A stretch of DNA of 60,729 nucleotides, counting the filler, from Jimgerdemannia flammicorona (lineage: Eukaryota): assembly GCA_003990765.1 (NCBI GenBank). It is 2 parts of 2 records of this genome, joined end to end, with 100 filler letters (N's around TTAATTAATTAA, not from the genome) between each part and the next. Parts side by side here need not be neighbours in the genome. Positions count along the whole stretch, not along the records: positions 1 to 30,317 come from RBNJ01000448.1; positions 30,418 to 60,729 come from RBNJ01000449.1. One strand, 5' to 3'. This document shows positions 28,491-40,835 of this stretch, piece by piece. The translations under genes were made by a program, and so were the position numbers. The notes below the pieces were generated by a model. The model saw nothing but the letters and a program-made list of their open reading frames with translations, was not told where the DNA came from and did not search any database. The first letter of the stretch is position 1, and the number at the start of each line of letters is the position of its first letter.

Positions 28491-29357
28491 GCTGAATAGA
28501 ATAGCCCCTGCCACCCTAAAGAGAATGACAGGCAAATAAAAAACTCTCATCAAAGTACAACATGGTGGGTAGGGCCTGGTTCTCTCAGTTGAGGTGAGTA
28601 AAGAACTTACATGTGAGACAGGAGGAAACCCCCAATACTCCACTACTCAAGCCTGCAGGCCTCGATCACGTTGCCGTGTCAGCTCTTGGTTCCAGTTGAG
28701 TGCAGCCAAGATGCCTGAAATGGGTAGCCTCAGGCCCCCCGACCCCCCCTGATGACTGGGGCCTCACCCCGCTACCTGTCAAAAGAAGCCGAGAGTGACA
28801 CCTACCACCTAACTGCACTGCACCAATCAAAAGGCCCCACCGAAGCAGCACCTGCCCCAGCCCCGACGACTGCCCCCAGCCTGGCACCCTACTGGTTCAC
28901 CATAATCGCCCTTCCTCCTATTTGTGATGGCCATCTCCCCTCCCATCCCGACAACACCCGAAAAGCAGTCACCTACGCCAGAACCATGCTCGTCGGGAAG
29001 CTCGCCAAAGCTAGAGGGCCCCACCACAGGCACCGAGGACCTGCAGGTAACCTATACTGAGTACTTGATGCCCAAGGTCAGCCAACTCCCTATATAGTCC
29101 GAGACACACCAAGACAACTCCTTGTTGGTGATGGCAAAAGGAAGAAGGCGCTGCACCAAAACAGGTACACCCCAGACACAGCTGAAGGCACCAGAATCCG
29201 TGAAAAAGTGGAGGAAGCACCAATCCGACACCGATAAAGAGGCAACCCATCACCATTGCCCTCCTCCCACCATGCCCCTATAGGCACAGCAAACCAACCC
29301 GAGGTAGAGGGGGTAATATTAGGGGAAAGGGGACTTGGAAGGTCGCCTACCAAACCT

Positions 29358-29900
29358 TGTGACCAGTAAGGTAGCAGAGAAAGGAGCTGAGCCATGAAGT
29401 GATGACACCTTGAAACTGATGATATCAGAAGTCAGAAAACTGCTCAGACTTTGCTAGTGATGATGTCATCAATAGTGATGTCATCAAAGACTAACCAGAC
29501 AGCACCTAAGCCTATAAATAGCTTAGCAGTTATAGTATAGTTAGATTAGCATTGTACAACATGACTGTGAACTGACTCAGCAGTCAGATGATCTCTTGAT
29601 ATATCAGATCACACTTGTACTACATGACTGCATTCCAACTCAGCAAGATACTTAGTGCTACATCCATATCTAGCATAGTCCAGATAGCCTCTCACTAGTA
29701 TAAATACCCCCTCTCCCAGACCTCAGAATCTCAGACTCGAACACATAAGAACATTTCTAAATACTTCCCCACAATATCCCTTTACATAACTACTTCTAGT
29801 ATAGCAATATCATAAATAGCAAATAGACCTATTCTATAACCCACAAATCACTCTTAAGTAAATCTGCTCCCTGTTAGGTCCCACTCCTAACCCTATCACA
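29358..29900 (+). mobile_element. Possible LTR
   Basis: TGTGA...TCACA termini with internal TATAAATA boxes (about 29513 and 29698), no ORF, CpG-depleted. No TSD or clear PBS seen. Confidence 0.35.
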
Positions 29901-30009
29901 AAATTTCCTAATTGGGTATTGTCTGCAGCGATACGCCAATTCAACTAAGCTGGTCTTAGTTTCTTGAACTTCCTGAAATACGGAAAATTCTGAACATCCA
30001 GAACTAGTC

Positions 30010-30180
30010 CGAAAAGGGACTCTGGTTGAGACATCAACCCAATCTTGAAATCAATAAGTGTAGAGGATGTACTCTATATGAAATTGATCTTGACCATAAG
30101 AAAACGGTCTTCCAGAACATCCAGAATATCTAGAAAAATCTTTTCAGAAATACATAATAGTTACCCTAAAAAGTAACCCT
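30010..30180. repeat. Direct repeat with a more AT-mutated copy at about 32177-32345
   Basis: AAAGGGACTCTGGTTGAGACATCAACCCAATCTTGAAATCAATAAGTGTAGA versus AAAGGACTTTGATTGAGATATTAATCTAATCTTGAAATCAATAAGTATAGA. Confidence 0.85.
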
Positions 30181-30257
30181 CTTACACTGCTAACAGATCT
30201 TCTCCACTAAGCAGTGTCTTTGTCTACCCTGCAACCCCCAACCAAACCACCAGCCTG

Positions 30258-30317
<60 letters not shown>

Positions 30318-30417
30318 NNNNNNNNNNNNNNNNNNNNNNNNNNNNNNNNNNNNNNNNNNNNTTAATTAATTAANNNNNNNNNNNNNNNNNNNNNNNNNNN
30401 NNNNNNNNNNNNNNNNN
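30318..30417. other. Assembly gap with an artificial linker
   Basis: A 100-nt block of Ns with a central TTAATTAATTAA (stops in all six frames) at 30362-30373. Confidence 0.95.
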
Positions 30418-32349
30418 TTTTTTAATAGACTTTCTTAACTTTATCAAAGTTTCCATTAGAGTATTTACTAGCTTATATTTACTCGTATTAAATTGTTTAA
30501 AAATAACTTAAATATAAGCTGATTATAAGAGAGGGCTACTAGGGGGACTTCTTTTGCTCAAACCACTTAGAGCAAGCTAAGCTATATAGGTATCTTTTTA
30601 TGAAAAGCAATATGTTTTCAAGTTTTCACTTTATCTACACTGGTATACTAGGTGTGGCAGGAGTTGGCAATAATAAACAATAAGTTTTGGCAAAATTTAT
30701 TAAGTTTTCATCTAATGGTAATCCAAGGTTCATTAAGCTCTGAGCATTTGGATTAGAGGAGGCCTGGCCTAGGCCTCTCCAAGAGTTTTGCTATAGTAGC
30801 TGGAGCTGGTACTGCTACTGGTGAGACAGGTGATCAGAGGAGGTCTACTGATATCAAAAGCTGGTATACTGTAGTGGGGGGCAGGAGGGCTACTGTTAGA
30901 CCCATGGAGATAGAACAGGGGAGATATAGTATTGATAGAAGGAGGAGTCAGATGACTGGTCAGATGACTGGTCAGGTGCCCAGCAGGAGACAGAGGTCTG
31001 AAGGCATGATAGTTGAGACTGGTTTTTCTGAGGCTGAGCCAGTGGCTGGTGGGAGAACTACTGGTGGACTTGAAGGAGCTGGAGGGATAACTATAGAAGT
31101 TTCAGGAAGTAAGAGGAGAGTGATAATAGCAGTAGGCTCTGGTGAACTAGTAGTGTATCCTTTCTTCCACAAATCAGTATCAATGTGGATAATCTCAGTA
31201 AACTTCTTGGAGCTGAGTATTTCTGCCAGAGAGATTTGGTAGCTAATAAGTGAGGAGGTTATTAGTGCAGATTCTCTGAAGTTTATTCTGTCAGTAGAGG
31301 CAGTAGAGATTGGCTTTATGAAGGAAGAGAAGATGGTGAAGACTCTGGAGAAAGGGTTGGTAGTCAAGAACATCAAGGTTGAAATGGTAAGGTGCTTGAG
31401 GTGGGATCAGCATATAGTATGTCTAATGGTAGAGAGGTTGTTGACATTGGGGAGACAGAAGGCTAAGAGAATTGTGACAGAGGCACTGGTGGGCTTGGGC
31501 ATGGCCTTGTATATAAATTGGGGTCTTGGGTGTATGCTTTTGGTCATTAGCATATGGCTGAGTTCCCCCTGGTGGTAGGGAGAGCATGGTGTGCAGAATG
31601 AGGTGTGGGCCAATGTAGGCCCTTCTGTGTCTGGCATGGTTGAGCTACTGGACAATAGCTAGTCTAGGTTAATGGGGGGGCAGTGCTTGATGGGTGGTGG
31701 GGAAGGGTTTTGGCCTATATAGTCTAGGTTCCCTTCCAATAAAAATCTGCAGGACTCTGAGTCTGTAAAACAAAAGAGAGACACTGGTGGGCTTTAGTAA
31801 GATGGTCAATTTCAGATTCATGTTCTGGAAGAAGATTAAGCTAAGAAATGGCAACTGTGAGATTATGGTGAGACTAGAGGGCAAGGAGGCCATGGGACTG
31901 ACCAGAGGTATGTAATTCATATTGGTGATCAGAAGTGCAAGGTTTGGAGAAGAAAGAGATCCAAACAGGAGGAGGAGGAATTGTTGCTAGCTTTGGAGAA
32001 GAGAGAGGCTGCAAAGGATTTGTGAAAGAGGAGATAAGAAGAGTTTACCAAGGACTGGATATGGATTTCAATGGATGAGAGAAGGAAGAGATAGTAGAAA
32101 GTGAATTGGAAATGTCTGCAGATGGTCCTTCAGGGTTTGAAAGTGGAGAAAGAAGTAAGGGCAAGAGTTAGCTCTAGAAAGGACTTTGATTGAGATATTA
32201 ATCTAATCTTGAAATCAATAAGTATAGATGATATACTCTATATAAAATTGAACTTAATCCAAAGAAAACAGTCTTTCAGAATATCTAGAACTTCTAGAAA
32301 AACCCTTCTAGAACTATATAATAGTACTCTAAAAAAGTACCCACTTAGC

Positions 32350-35300
32350 TTATATGAAAAATATATCACCATTATTGTCAGTTTTGATAATATTTGAATA
32401 ATATTGTTCTTTACTATTATATCTCTTTCTGCTACTCCTATACTGCCAATACTGGCTTCTATACTTATTTTCATTGTTTTTTATATCCTTATAATAGTAA
32501 TCATTTTACCTATATCTGTACTTACTGTAGTTATGGTAGTTTTTATTATATTTTTTATATTTTTGGTCTTATTGGCACTTCTTACTTTATCTGTATGACT
32601 TATAGAATACTTTCTTATCATTGTTGTTGCTACTGTTTCCTTGATATATCTCTTTATTAATTAGGCTCATTGTTACATAAATATAGTTCTCAAGTTTCCT
32701 ACTCATATATATAGCTACTACTATAATATTACATATCTTAGAGAGATCTTATATAAGGACCAGAATCTTGTTTTCATTGCTGATATACTCGGCTGGTATG
32801 CTTAGAAAATTCGCCTGATTTACTAAATTATCAATATGTTTGATATATTTATAAATACTCTACTTGAGTTTTATTTATAAATAAAATAGCTGAGATTTTA
32901 GATTGAATCAATTTGTTGAGAATACTTATATATAATGATTGCATAGAGTCTTTCATATATTATAAACTATTATAGTGTATATTATAAGCTTCATTTATTA
33001 GTTTAATAATATAAAGGTAATCTATTATAATATTTAATAATTATTTATAGTATCATAACCTTAAATCTATATCTACAGTTTTATATGCTTTGTTAAGCCA
33101 TACTCTACTCATATAGAATGCTCAAATAATATAATTCTTATTATTAAAGATAACAATTGACCTCTTGGCTATATTTATATTTACTGCAGAAACTGTGACT
33201 ATTGTCTCTATTTTAGAGATACTCATATCTACTGTATTCAGTATATTCATACTGGTTTCTGGATTTATCTATACAGTATCTTAATATAGAGTCTTAGAGT
33301 GGTATTTCTTGTTAGTCACTAAGTGGGATATATAATATTTATTATAACTTAGTAGAGTAGATACTAGAGAAAGAGAGAGTAAAATATTATTTATAATTTC
33401 AGATAGTATATATTTATCTATTAAGTAATATAACTCAAAGATAATATAGTTAAATATATAAGTATAGATTCTAAGAAGTAGTAAATAGTCTGAGTCAAGA
33501 TTGCTCTGAATTTATAAATTAAATAATAGAATTAAAATTATTTTCAAGCTAATCTAATTGATAAAGATAGAGATAGCTATTATTACTTATAAGTTTAATA
33601 TATTTTAAGTATCTTGTATAATTTGAGAGGTTATATAAAAGAATTTCTATATTTGATCTAGCTTGTATAGCTTGTATAGCTTATACAGCTTATATAGTTT
33701 ATATAGTTTATAATTTATATTAACTCCTATAGCTTAAATAGCTTAAATAACTTATATAGTCTTTATAACTTATATTTTTTAAAAAAGCTTAGATAGTATA
33801 GGTTTAAGTAAATCATATAAGCTTAATTTTTTATCAAATATAATATTCTAATTTTTATTATTTATTCAATTTTTATAAATTTTTTCAAATTTTTATTATA
33901 TATATATATTTTTGCTCAAATTTGTTATTAATTCAATTTGACTTTTTTTTTTGATCAAATTTTTTATAATTCTATGATTTGATAAATTTGATTCTAATAA
34001 TATATTATATATAAATACTAGTAGTAGTAGTGATAGTACTATTATAGATTTAATCTGAAGTAAAAGATCAGATAATAAATATATATTATAAGACTATAAT
34101 AGTGACTGAAGAAATAACTGACCAATATATAAGGGCTAGTCCAGAGATAGAAAATCTCTTTAGAATGAGTCTGAAAGTTAGGCAGCTTATAGAGGTACTC
34201 ATTCTGTACTTAGATTATATATTATATATAATCTATAAGATAAAGAGTTCTATAATTAATATTGTAAAGATATCTGTAACTAAGACTAATACTATGGAGA
34301 TTTCTGAAATCAATAGTAAAAGATTAGAAATTTAGAAGTTAGTATAGATATCAAGGCTAAATAATTGATAAAAAGATCAGAGTCAAAGACTATGTCAATA
34401 GTAGTAGAGATAGTTACTAATATATAGAATTTTTCTTAATAATTAATATAAATTAATAAAGTCTATATCAGCAGATCAAGGTATTGTATTAGATAATAGT
34501 ATTATAGAGATAGTAGATATTATAGGATATTGCTGGGTATAGAATTATATTTGAGAAGATAGTAGAGCACTCTTATTTGTATTTACTCTCAATATTGATA
34601 TATATATTAATAATATTAAGAATTGTAATGGAGTCTATATAGAGAGGGCATACATTTGACCCAGTTCAGTGATGGCTGGAAAATTGATTACTAGTAGTAT
34701 GATATATGAGGTAGGAGTTAAGAGTAATATATATAATAGGTAGTATTATTTGGATAATTAGTTATAGTGAGGTTTGTTTATTATTAGCATTTTTTTAATA
34801 TTTTTTTTTTTATATTAATAAACTGTAAAATATAAGTAGAATGTAAAAAATGCAGAGTAATAATATATATATATTTGAAGTCAGTATAAGTAAAAGAAAA
34901 CAAAATGAAAGTATAAAGAGATATAATTTTGCTTAAAATATATATGATAAAGAGTTAGGATTCCCTATTTATATAATTGTTGTGCCATATCTTTACATGC
35001 TATCTTTCTCAGAATCCCTTCAGTGAAATAGATAGTAGATAAGGTCCTATATTTCTGTGAGAAAGCATGCAATCATATTTCTTAATAAATCCAATATTAT
35101 GACAAAGTAAATAATAAATCAAATGACAGTATTGCAGATTAAAAGATCTGCTCACATCATGGCTTTTGAGAAATACATACCAAGTTGTAATGATTTAGGA
35201 AAAAGACAGAATATCAAAAAAAAAAAATTACCTTTAGAGTTGGTGGAAGTCATCCTGTAATCTTATTTACCAGAACCCATTTTGCAGACGAAATATTTAT

Positions 35301-35400
35301 TACATACAATATTCAAAATCCTGGTAACCCTCATGAACCCAAAATGAATGGCTGTACTTTGCTCTCATTTTTAAAATCTAATAATTTTCTAGGGCGGCAT
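32350..35400. mobile_element. Heavily decayed AT-rich transposon relics, family not identifiable; 9-bp minisatellite (AGCTTRTAT) at about 33660-33770
   Basis: Near absence of CpG, visible TpA excess, no credible ORF. Confidence 0.5.
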
Positions 35401-35699
35401 CCTAAACGAGGGTCATACTAACAATTGGGCTGAATTTCATGGTATGACAACGGATGTTTCTGCTTCCATGTGACCAAAACACTCTCTTATACGTACTCAA
35501 AGTGACGAAGTTCTCGAGCTGGAACGAGAAGCCGGCATGCTCGTTTTTTGAGTAAGACATAACTCTCTGATTTCAATCGGTGTGATATGATATGGACACC
35601 GCGACTTATTTGGCGGCTTAATTTTTGGATCGCGAGTAACTAACGGGAGCTTTATAGCAAAAAAAAACCTTTGACTTTGTTCAGTCATTCCATTACCGG

Positions 35700-37400
35700 A
35701 AATATTTTCTTTTAAGTATTTATTGAAAGGTTCCTGAATTACATTATCTGTTAGCCTACCCGCGGAAGTGACTTATATTACAGTATATCGCGCACTATTT
35801 CAATTGTGCTTTCGAAAATAAAATAAATAAAATCTATTCTGAAGTGGCCTGGTAATGGTTTCACTTTCCTCCAGATCTAGAACCTTTTGGGCTTGCGATT
35901 CTTTTAAACATTCTGGTAGATCACAAATGTTCGAACGACATTGGTAATACTTATTAGGTTTTTAGTCCACGTACCAATATCATCGCATCGTTCCTTCTTT
36001 CCATCAACCACGCCACAATTGACTGATTAGTAATTGTACAGGCTTTCTTCATTTGCATTATTATACGGAAAATGACCCAAAAGTGGTAAAGTCGTGGCTG
36101 GCGCAGGGGAACACGAGGCGTATATACATACCGGCAATAGTTCTGACCTTGAGGATATGTCGTCATGTCGATTTTGAGAAGTCTTAGTTTCAGCTCGCCA
36201 TTCTGACGGTTAAATATCACTACAGGACGAGAGTCCGGCGGATTGACAGATTTGGGATTTACTTATCCCGAGCCAGCATAGGCCATTCCAGGTTGTTGGA
36301 TACGGAGAAGCCAAGTAGTAATAGCGTTTGCTGGTTCGAACGCGACCCAAAACCCGGTACTCCGTGCCCTTTCAGATGGAATGGCACCACGATTCCGTTC
36401 TAAACCAAAGCGCAAATTGGATCTACCAACGAACGGGACGAATATATATATATATGTGGCTGGACCACAATAGTGTTCGTTCAATATAAATACTATTTTT
36501 ACATTAGTGTATGAATTTTGAAAATGTAATATTATCTCGTTCAGCAAAATGGCGAAATCATTTTATACAGGAGCCTGTGCCTCACCTTGCTCCTAATCAG
36601 AATGTTAAACGTTTTGGGATTTGCAACTCGTTACCTAGTAATTTGAGTAATTTGAGGTATATGTTATTTGTGGCTTACGTAAACGTATTCAATGGCGACG
36701 TCACTAGAAATCAATCACAACGCGTAACATATATTATCAATAAAGTTGCCGCTCTTCGCTAAGCGAAGTACGATCTACAAAACATTATATTACAGTAAAT
36801 CGCACATATAAGTTGTCTTCCTAATACACGTAAACGGAGATATTGCGCCAACCACCGCACCACTATTCTATCAAAAAAAAAAAAAATAAAAAAAAAGGGA
36901 CAGAAATTTCAGCGGGGTTTGGTTGCGGAGAGCGAAATCGCTTCCGCACCAATCACCAGCCACGTCCTCACATCATCCGCGAATCGGATAAAAAACTACA
37001 GCATCGACCAGCGCCCGGTGTACCGCACGGTGTACCGGGCGTTAATAATTAATGTGCAGTCGAATAATATTCCTTTTTTTTAAAAAATTTCTTCGGTGTG
37101 TTGTATGCTACCATTCTTTTGGATAAGGGTTTATTTTCAATGGTTTCGAACCGAGCTTTGTGATTGGCAGGATTTCGTACGCCATTTGGGACTTTTTAAT
37201 TTTTTACGCAACATTCCCCTCGAACATGAAGTCTATTTTCAATGGCAACGTTACAATGTAAACCCTTCCTCGTCGGCGTCAAGCCAGGCGTACATCCCTC
37301 CGTCATATAGTCCTCAAAGTCAGACGCAAGTGAAGCACATGACACGACAAAACCTGGAGACCCTGGCGTATAACGTCACGTATAGGTTGAATTGAATTGA
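35700..37400 (+). repeat. Module copy 1 (diverged; homeobox part absent)
   Basis: Collinear anchors shared with copies 2 and/or 3: TTAGCCTACCCGCGGAAG (35751), GCTTTCGAA (35808), AAATCGCTTCCGCA (36935), ATGGCAACGTTACAATG (37241), AAGTCAGACGC (37317). Confidence 0.7.
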
Positions 37401-37790
37401 GTTACGTTCAACTGATTACGTTGGTGCGAAATTCACTCCGCTCAATCGACGAAGGATAGGCGTGAAGCTTCCTAATATAAATTTCTGTATTTTAGACTTT
37501 TGGTAAATAATGTGATTAACTAAAAATAGGATTTAGCAAAATATATATATGGCATATTATTTTATTAAACTACATAACTATAGATTTATCATAATCTATA
37601 CATAACATATTGCATAGCCTTATAGTGCATAAACCATATAACTATAGATTAGATTTTTCATAATCTATACATGAAATATCATTGTACTAAACGAAATATA
37701 TTCGAAACAAATATTAATCATATGTATTTTTTTTTTTTTGAAACAAATACTGGTCCCTATAAGGTTTGTGACATATTTATAAATTCGAGA

Positions 37791-38234
37791 TCAAGAACTG
37801 GCTGATCCACGCTGACAAATGATACCGAAGTATTCACAACGTAAGCAAGGCATTCCTAGGCATTTTTTCCTGTGCCGTTTGCATTCAAAGCAAACGTTTC
37901 CCGGAGACTTCCTTTGTGTTTTTTTGGCGGCAGCGTGAATACCACATCGTTTCTTCTTCTTTAAACAGTGTGGACACTTCTTGTATGGAATGTGTTTATC
38001 GATTGTAGTTGCTGTGGTTACCGTGGGCGTATGTGAGAGAGTGAATGATGGTGGACTTGAAGGGAGGTGCCGCCAGTTTGACTCTGGCTCTAACGTTCCG
38101 TCGCCATTTGGCAGGTTGTCGTTGCAGGTCTCCGACAAGGGATGGTCTTCAGCGTTAGGCGGGAATTGGCAATTGAAACAGATTGATTGGTCACAAGGGT
38201 ACATGCTGAACGATGTTAATTTGCCTCTAGGCAT
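37791..38234 (-). CDS. Small intronless Zn(II)2Cys6 (Gal4-type)-like protein, 147 aa
   Basis: C-terminal CFECKRHRKKCLGMPCLRCEYFGIIC (C-x2-C-x6-C-x4-C-x2-C-x6-C), preceded by a half cluster CPHCLKKKKRC. A TATA-like sequence lies about 200 bp upstream on the minus strand. Confidence 0.65.
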   Translation of the reverse strand: MPRGKLTSFSMYPCDQSICFNCQFPPNAEDHPLSETCNDNLPNGDGTLEPESNWRHLPSSPPSFTLSHTPTVTTATTIDKHIPYKKCPHCLKKKKRCGIHAAAKKTQRKSPGNVCFECKRHRKKCLGMPCLRCEYFGIICQRGSASS

Positions 38235-38964
38235 TGGAAGAGTGACGGAATTAGATAGTGTGTGTGAAATGCTGTAAATGACTATGAGGCTACATTTTTT
38301 ACGTACGAAGTTTGTCCATCCCGATTTGTCATATTTTCTGGGTGCGCTCTGAGGTGGAAAGAGTGACGGGGGGTTTTTTTTTTGAACAAAAAATGAAATA
38401 GATGGGTGGTTCTTACCCCGTAGGAGGTGGCCAGCCTTTATAAAGTTCTGGCTGCGCGTTTGTGGAGTCTTGATTAAACATTAGAGTTTGCCAAGGATCA
38501 GAGACATTTTTGATATATTACATCCGCATTATGGAACTGCGGTGCGCATTTAAAAAACAGGAAAAGACAACGTGTTATTATTGCCTCAGACAGAAACGTT
38601 TATCCAGATATTCTATACATGCGTTTTCAGCTGCGGTGTGTTTCTAAAAGAAAGGTAGATTGCCTAAGAATAGGAGTACTAGACCAGAATCTCATTGCTC
38701 GAATGACTACTATCATCGGGACACTGGAGTTCTTGAGAGAATTTGCCACAGTAATATCAAGTGAGCACTGCTCCTAAGCCGTGCGGCTGATCACTCAGCC
38801 CATATTGCGGGGCAGTATGAGGTACATTTCTTAACAAATCTAAATGTCAAGAGGTATTCTGGAATTAATCCAAAAGCCGCATCAGAGACTAAACGAGTTT
38901 CCCATTTTTTTTCCTCTATTTGCGGTTATAATAATTTTTTTTTACAGCTCAAACGAATTATCCC

Positions 38965-40835
38965 TGTAAAGTCATTCTAACTAGTTCTGCATGGGGGATG
39001 ATCAAGGGAAATGTGCGATGATATTGCCAGCGAATGCTATTGCATTTGTACTACCGAACTGTCAAGTAGAATTTCCAAACGCCCAGGTAAAGGACACATT
39101 AATACAAATCACAGTATATATTAGTGATAAGCAAAACAGAAGATCATAATATGTCGATTCGCGTTAAGCATCCGTCTCGGAAGTGCTATCCAAGAATGTG
39201 CAGCGGCTTTGATTTTCTATGATCTGCATTGAGACTGATCCTAGTTCAGCTATTTTTGCACCCCATTTTTCTCGGGTGCTGTGCCCGTTGTCTCGGGTGT
39301 TGTGCCCCAAATTCGTCACATTTGGATCATTTTTTGCCTTTCTATCCACTTATTTAAACCCTTAATTCATAGAGACTATGTATACATAATCTCATTTCTA
39401 TGATAAAAACTGTGGCCAAATCCTAGCCAATATTGATGTCATAGCTGGTTTCTTTTGCGGAAGCGATTTCTATTCCTAAAATTATGCTTTCGAAGAAATC
39501 GATTTGGAATTAATTAACTTGCCTTCCAGATTCTTAGTGCTTGCTAAGTTTACAAAAGAGCTTTTTATAGAACCAGCTGATGGATGAGCTCATCACACTC
39601 GCCCCTGACCCAGCCTCGGACAGCAGAAGGAAAATCCATTATCGCGCAAATGGCTTGAGATTTTCGACGCAGAACACGGGAGCTCAAAGAGAAACGTCAT
39701 TCCGCATGTTTGTTTTGCTACCGTATCAACCGGCGAAGCCCTCGCGTATGACTCAACGTCACATGGCGTGACCCTTGAATTTATACTATTCGGAGCTAAT
39801 AAGCCGTCGCGCATATTTCGAGAGTTTTCGGTTTCAGCTCTCAATTCCCTAATCGACAGATATCGCTCCGGGACGAAGGCTCCGTAGATTGACATAGGAT
39901 ATTGCAGTGGCTCGAACCTGTCATCAAGGCCTGTGATACAAATTTACGGCGGAGGTATACCATTCTAGGCTGTAAGATACGGCGTTACGCCCGGATTCGT
40001 GTCTTCATCTCCTTACCTGGGTGATTGGAAATTTCGTCTAGTACAATTGTGTTAGCGTTTACCGGTTCGGATGCCGGAGTTACATCGGAGTAAATGCAAA
40101 ACGTTTTGTGAGGCTGACAATGTTGCCTTTGGTCTATATCGATGCGCATTTTAATATGCAACGAAGAAAATTTTAAACTTGTCACGTTCAATAAAATGGC
40201 GAAACCGTAATAACCCGATTTAATTCCCCCAGCAGCGGTACTCAATTTCCAGGCTTTGTTTTGCTCGTAAGCTGACCCGTAGTTCGCACACAAAGTCGTC
40301 ACGCGGAGGTCGAAATCGCTTCCGCAAGTCACGTGATCTGCTACATGCACCTATCACTCTCTGACCAGCGTGTGATTTTTTTTTTTTTTTTCGGTGTGTT
40401 TAATTTCGAGGAGTAAATCCTCACGCAAACTAATGCGTTTCAAGGGGTTACATAATGACAAGTCAGTATAGGTACCTCTCACATATTCCAGATGCCTAAC
40501 CGTCGTCCCCAGGTCAGAGCGTGCTCTCAATGCCGCGACAACAAACGTGGAAAACGACACATCTATAAAAGCACGTTTGAGGCGGTACAAATATCTCTGA
40601 AGTATTTCACGAATTCGGAAAACTTTGACCTGACTATCGAGAGGCAGCCCAAAAAGAATCGTCGTCCAACGAATCCGCTAGAGCTCGCCATCCTGGAAGC
40701 CACATTTAATAAAAACATCCTTCCGGATTGGAACACTAACAAATGGCTTGCAAACAAACCGGAAATTATTATATGCGCCATGTAAAGGTGGTTCCAAAAC
40801 TGGAGCCAGAATACGCGCAAAAAGGTGGATAGTGT
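38965..40835 (+). repeat. Module copy 2 (~2 kb), tandem with copy 3 (about 40990-43080)
   Basis: Anchors offset by about 2.0 kb: TCTAACTAGTTCTG (38976/41001), ATAGAACCAGCTGATGGAT (about 39567/41554), GCCGTCGCGC-TATTTCGAG (39803/41779), GCGAAACCGTAATAA (about 40199/42207). Confidence 0.85.
40492..40830 (+). pseudogene. Homeobox pseudogene, preceded by a Zn-cluster-like half motif
   Basis: RACSQCRDNKRGK...KKNRRPTNPLELAILEATFNKNILPDWNTNKWLANKPEIIICAM*RWFQNWSQNTRKK: a TAA stop falls just before WFQN, and WFQNRR has become WFQNWS. Confidence 0.8.

Noticed and set aside
30362..30373. Perfect palindrome TTAATTAATTAA
   Set aside because: Artificial six-frame-stop linker embedded in Ns.
30874..32660. 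ORFs of 80-134 aa in the repeat zone
   Set aside because: Compositionally biased frames in CpG-depleted transposon debris; no domain recognised.
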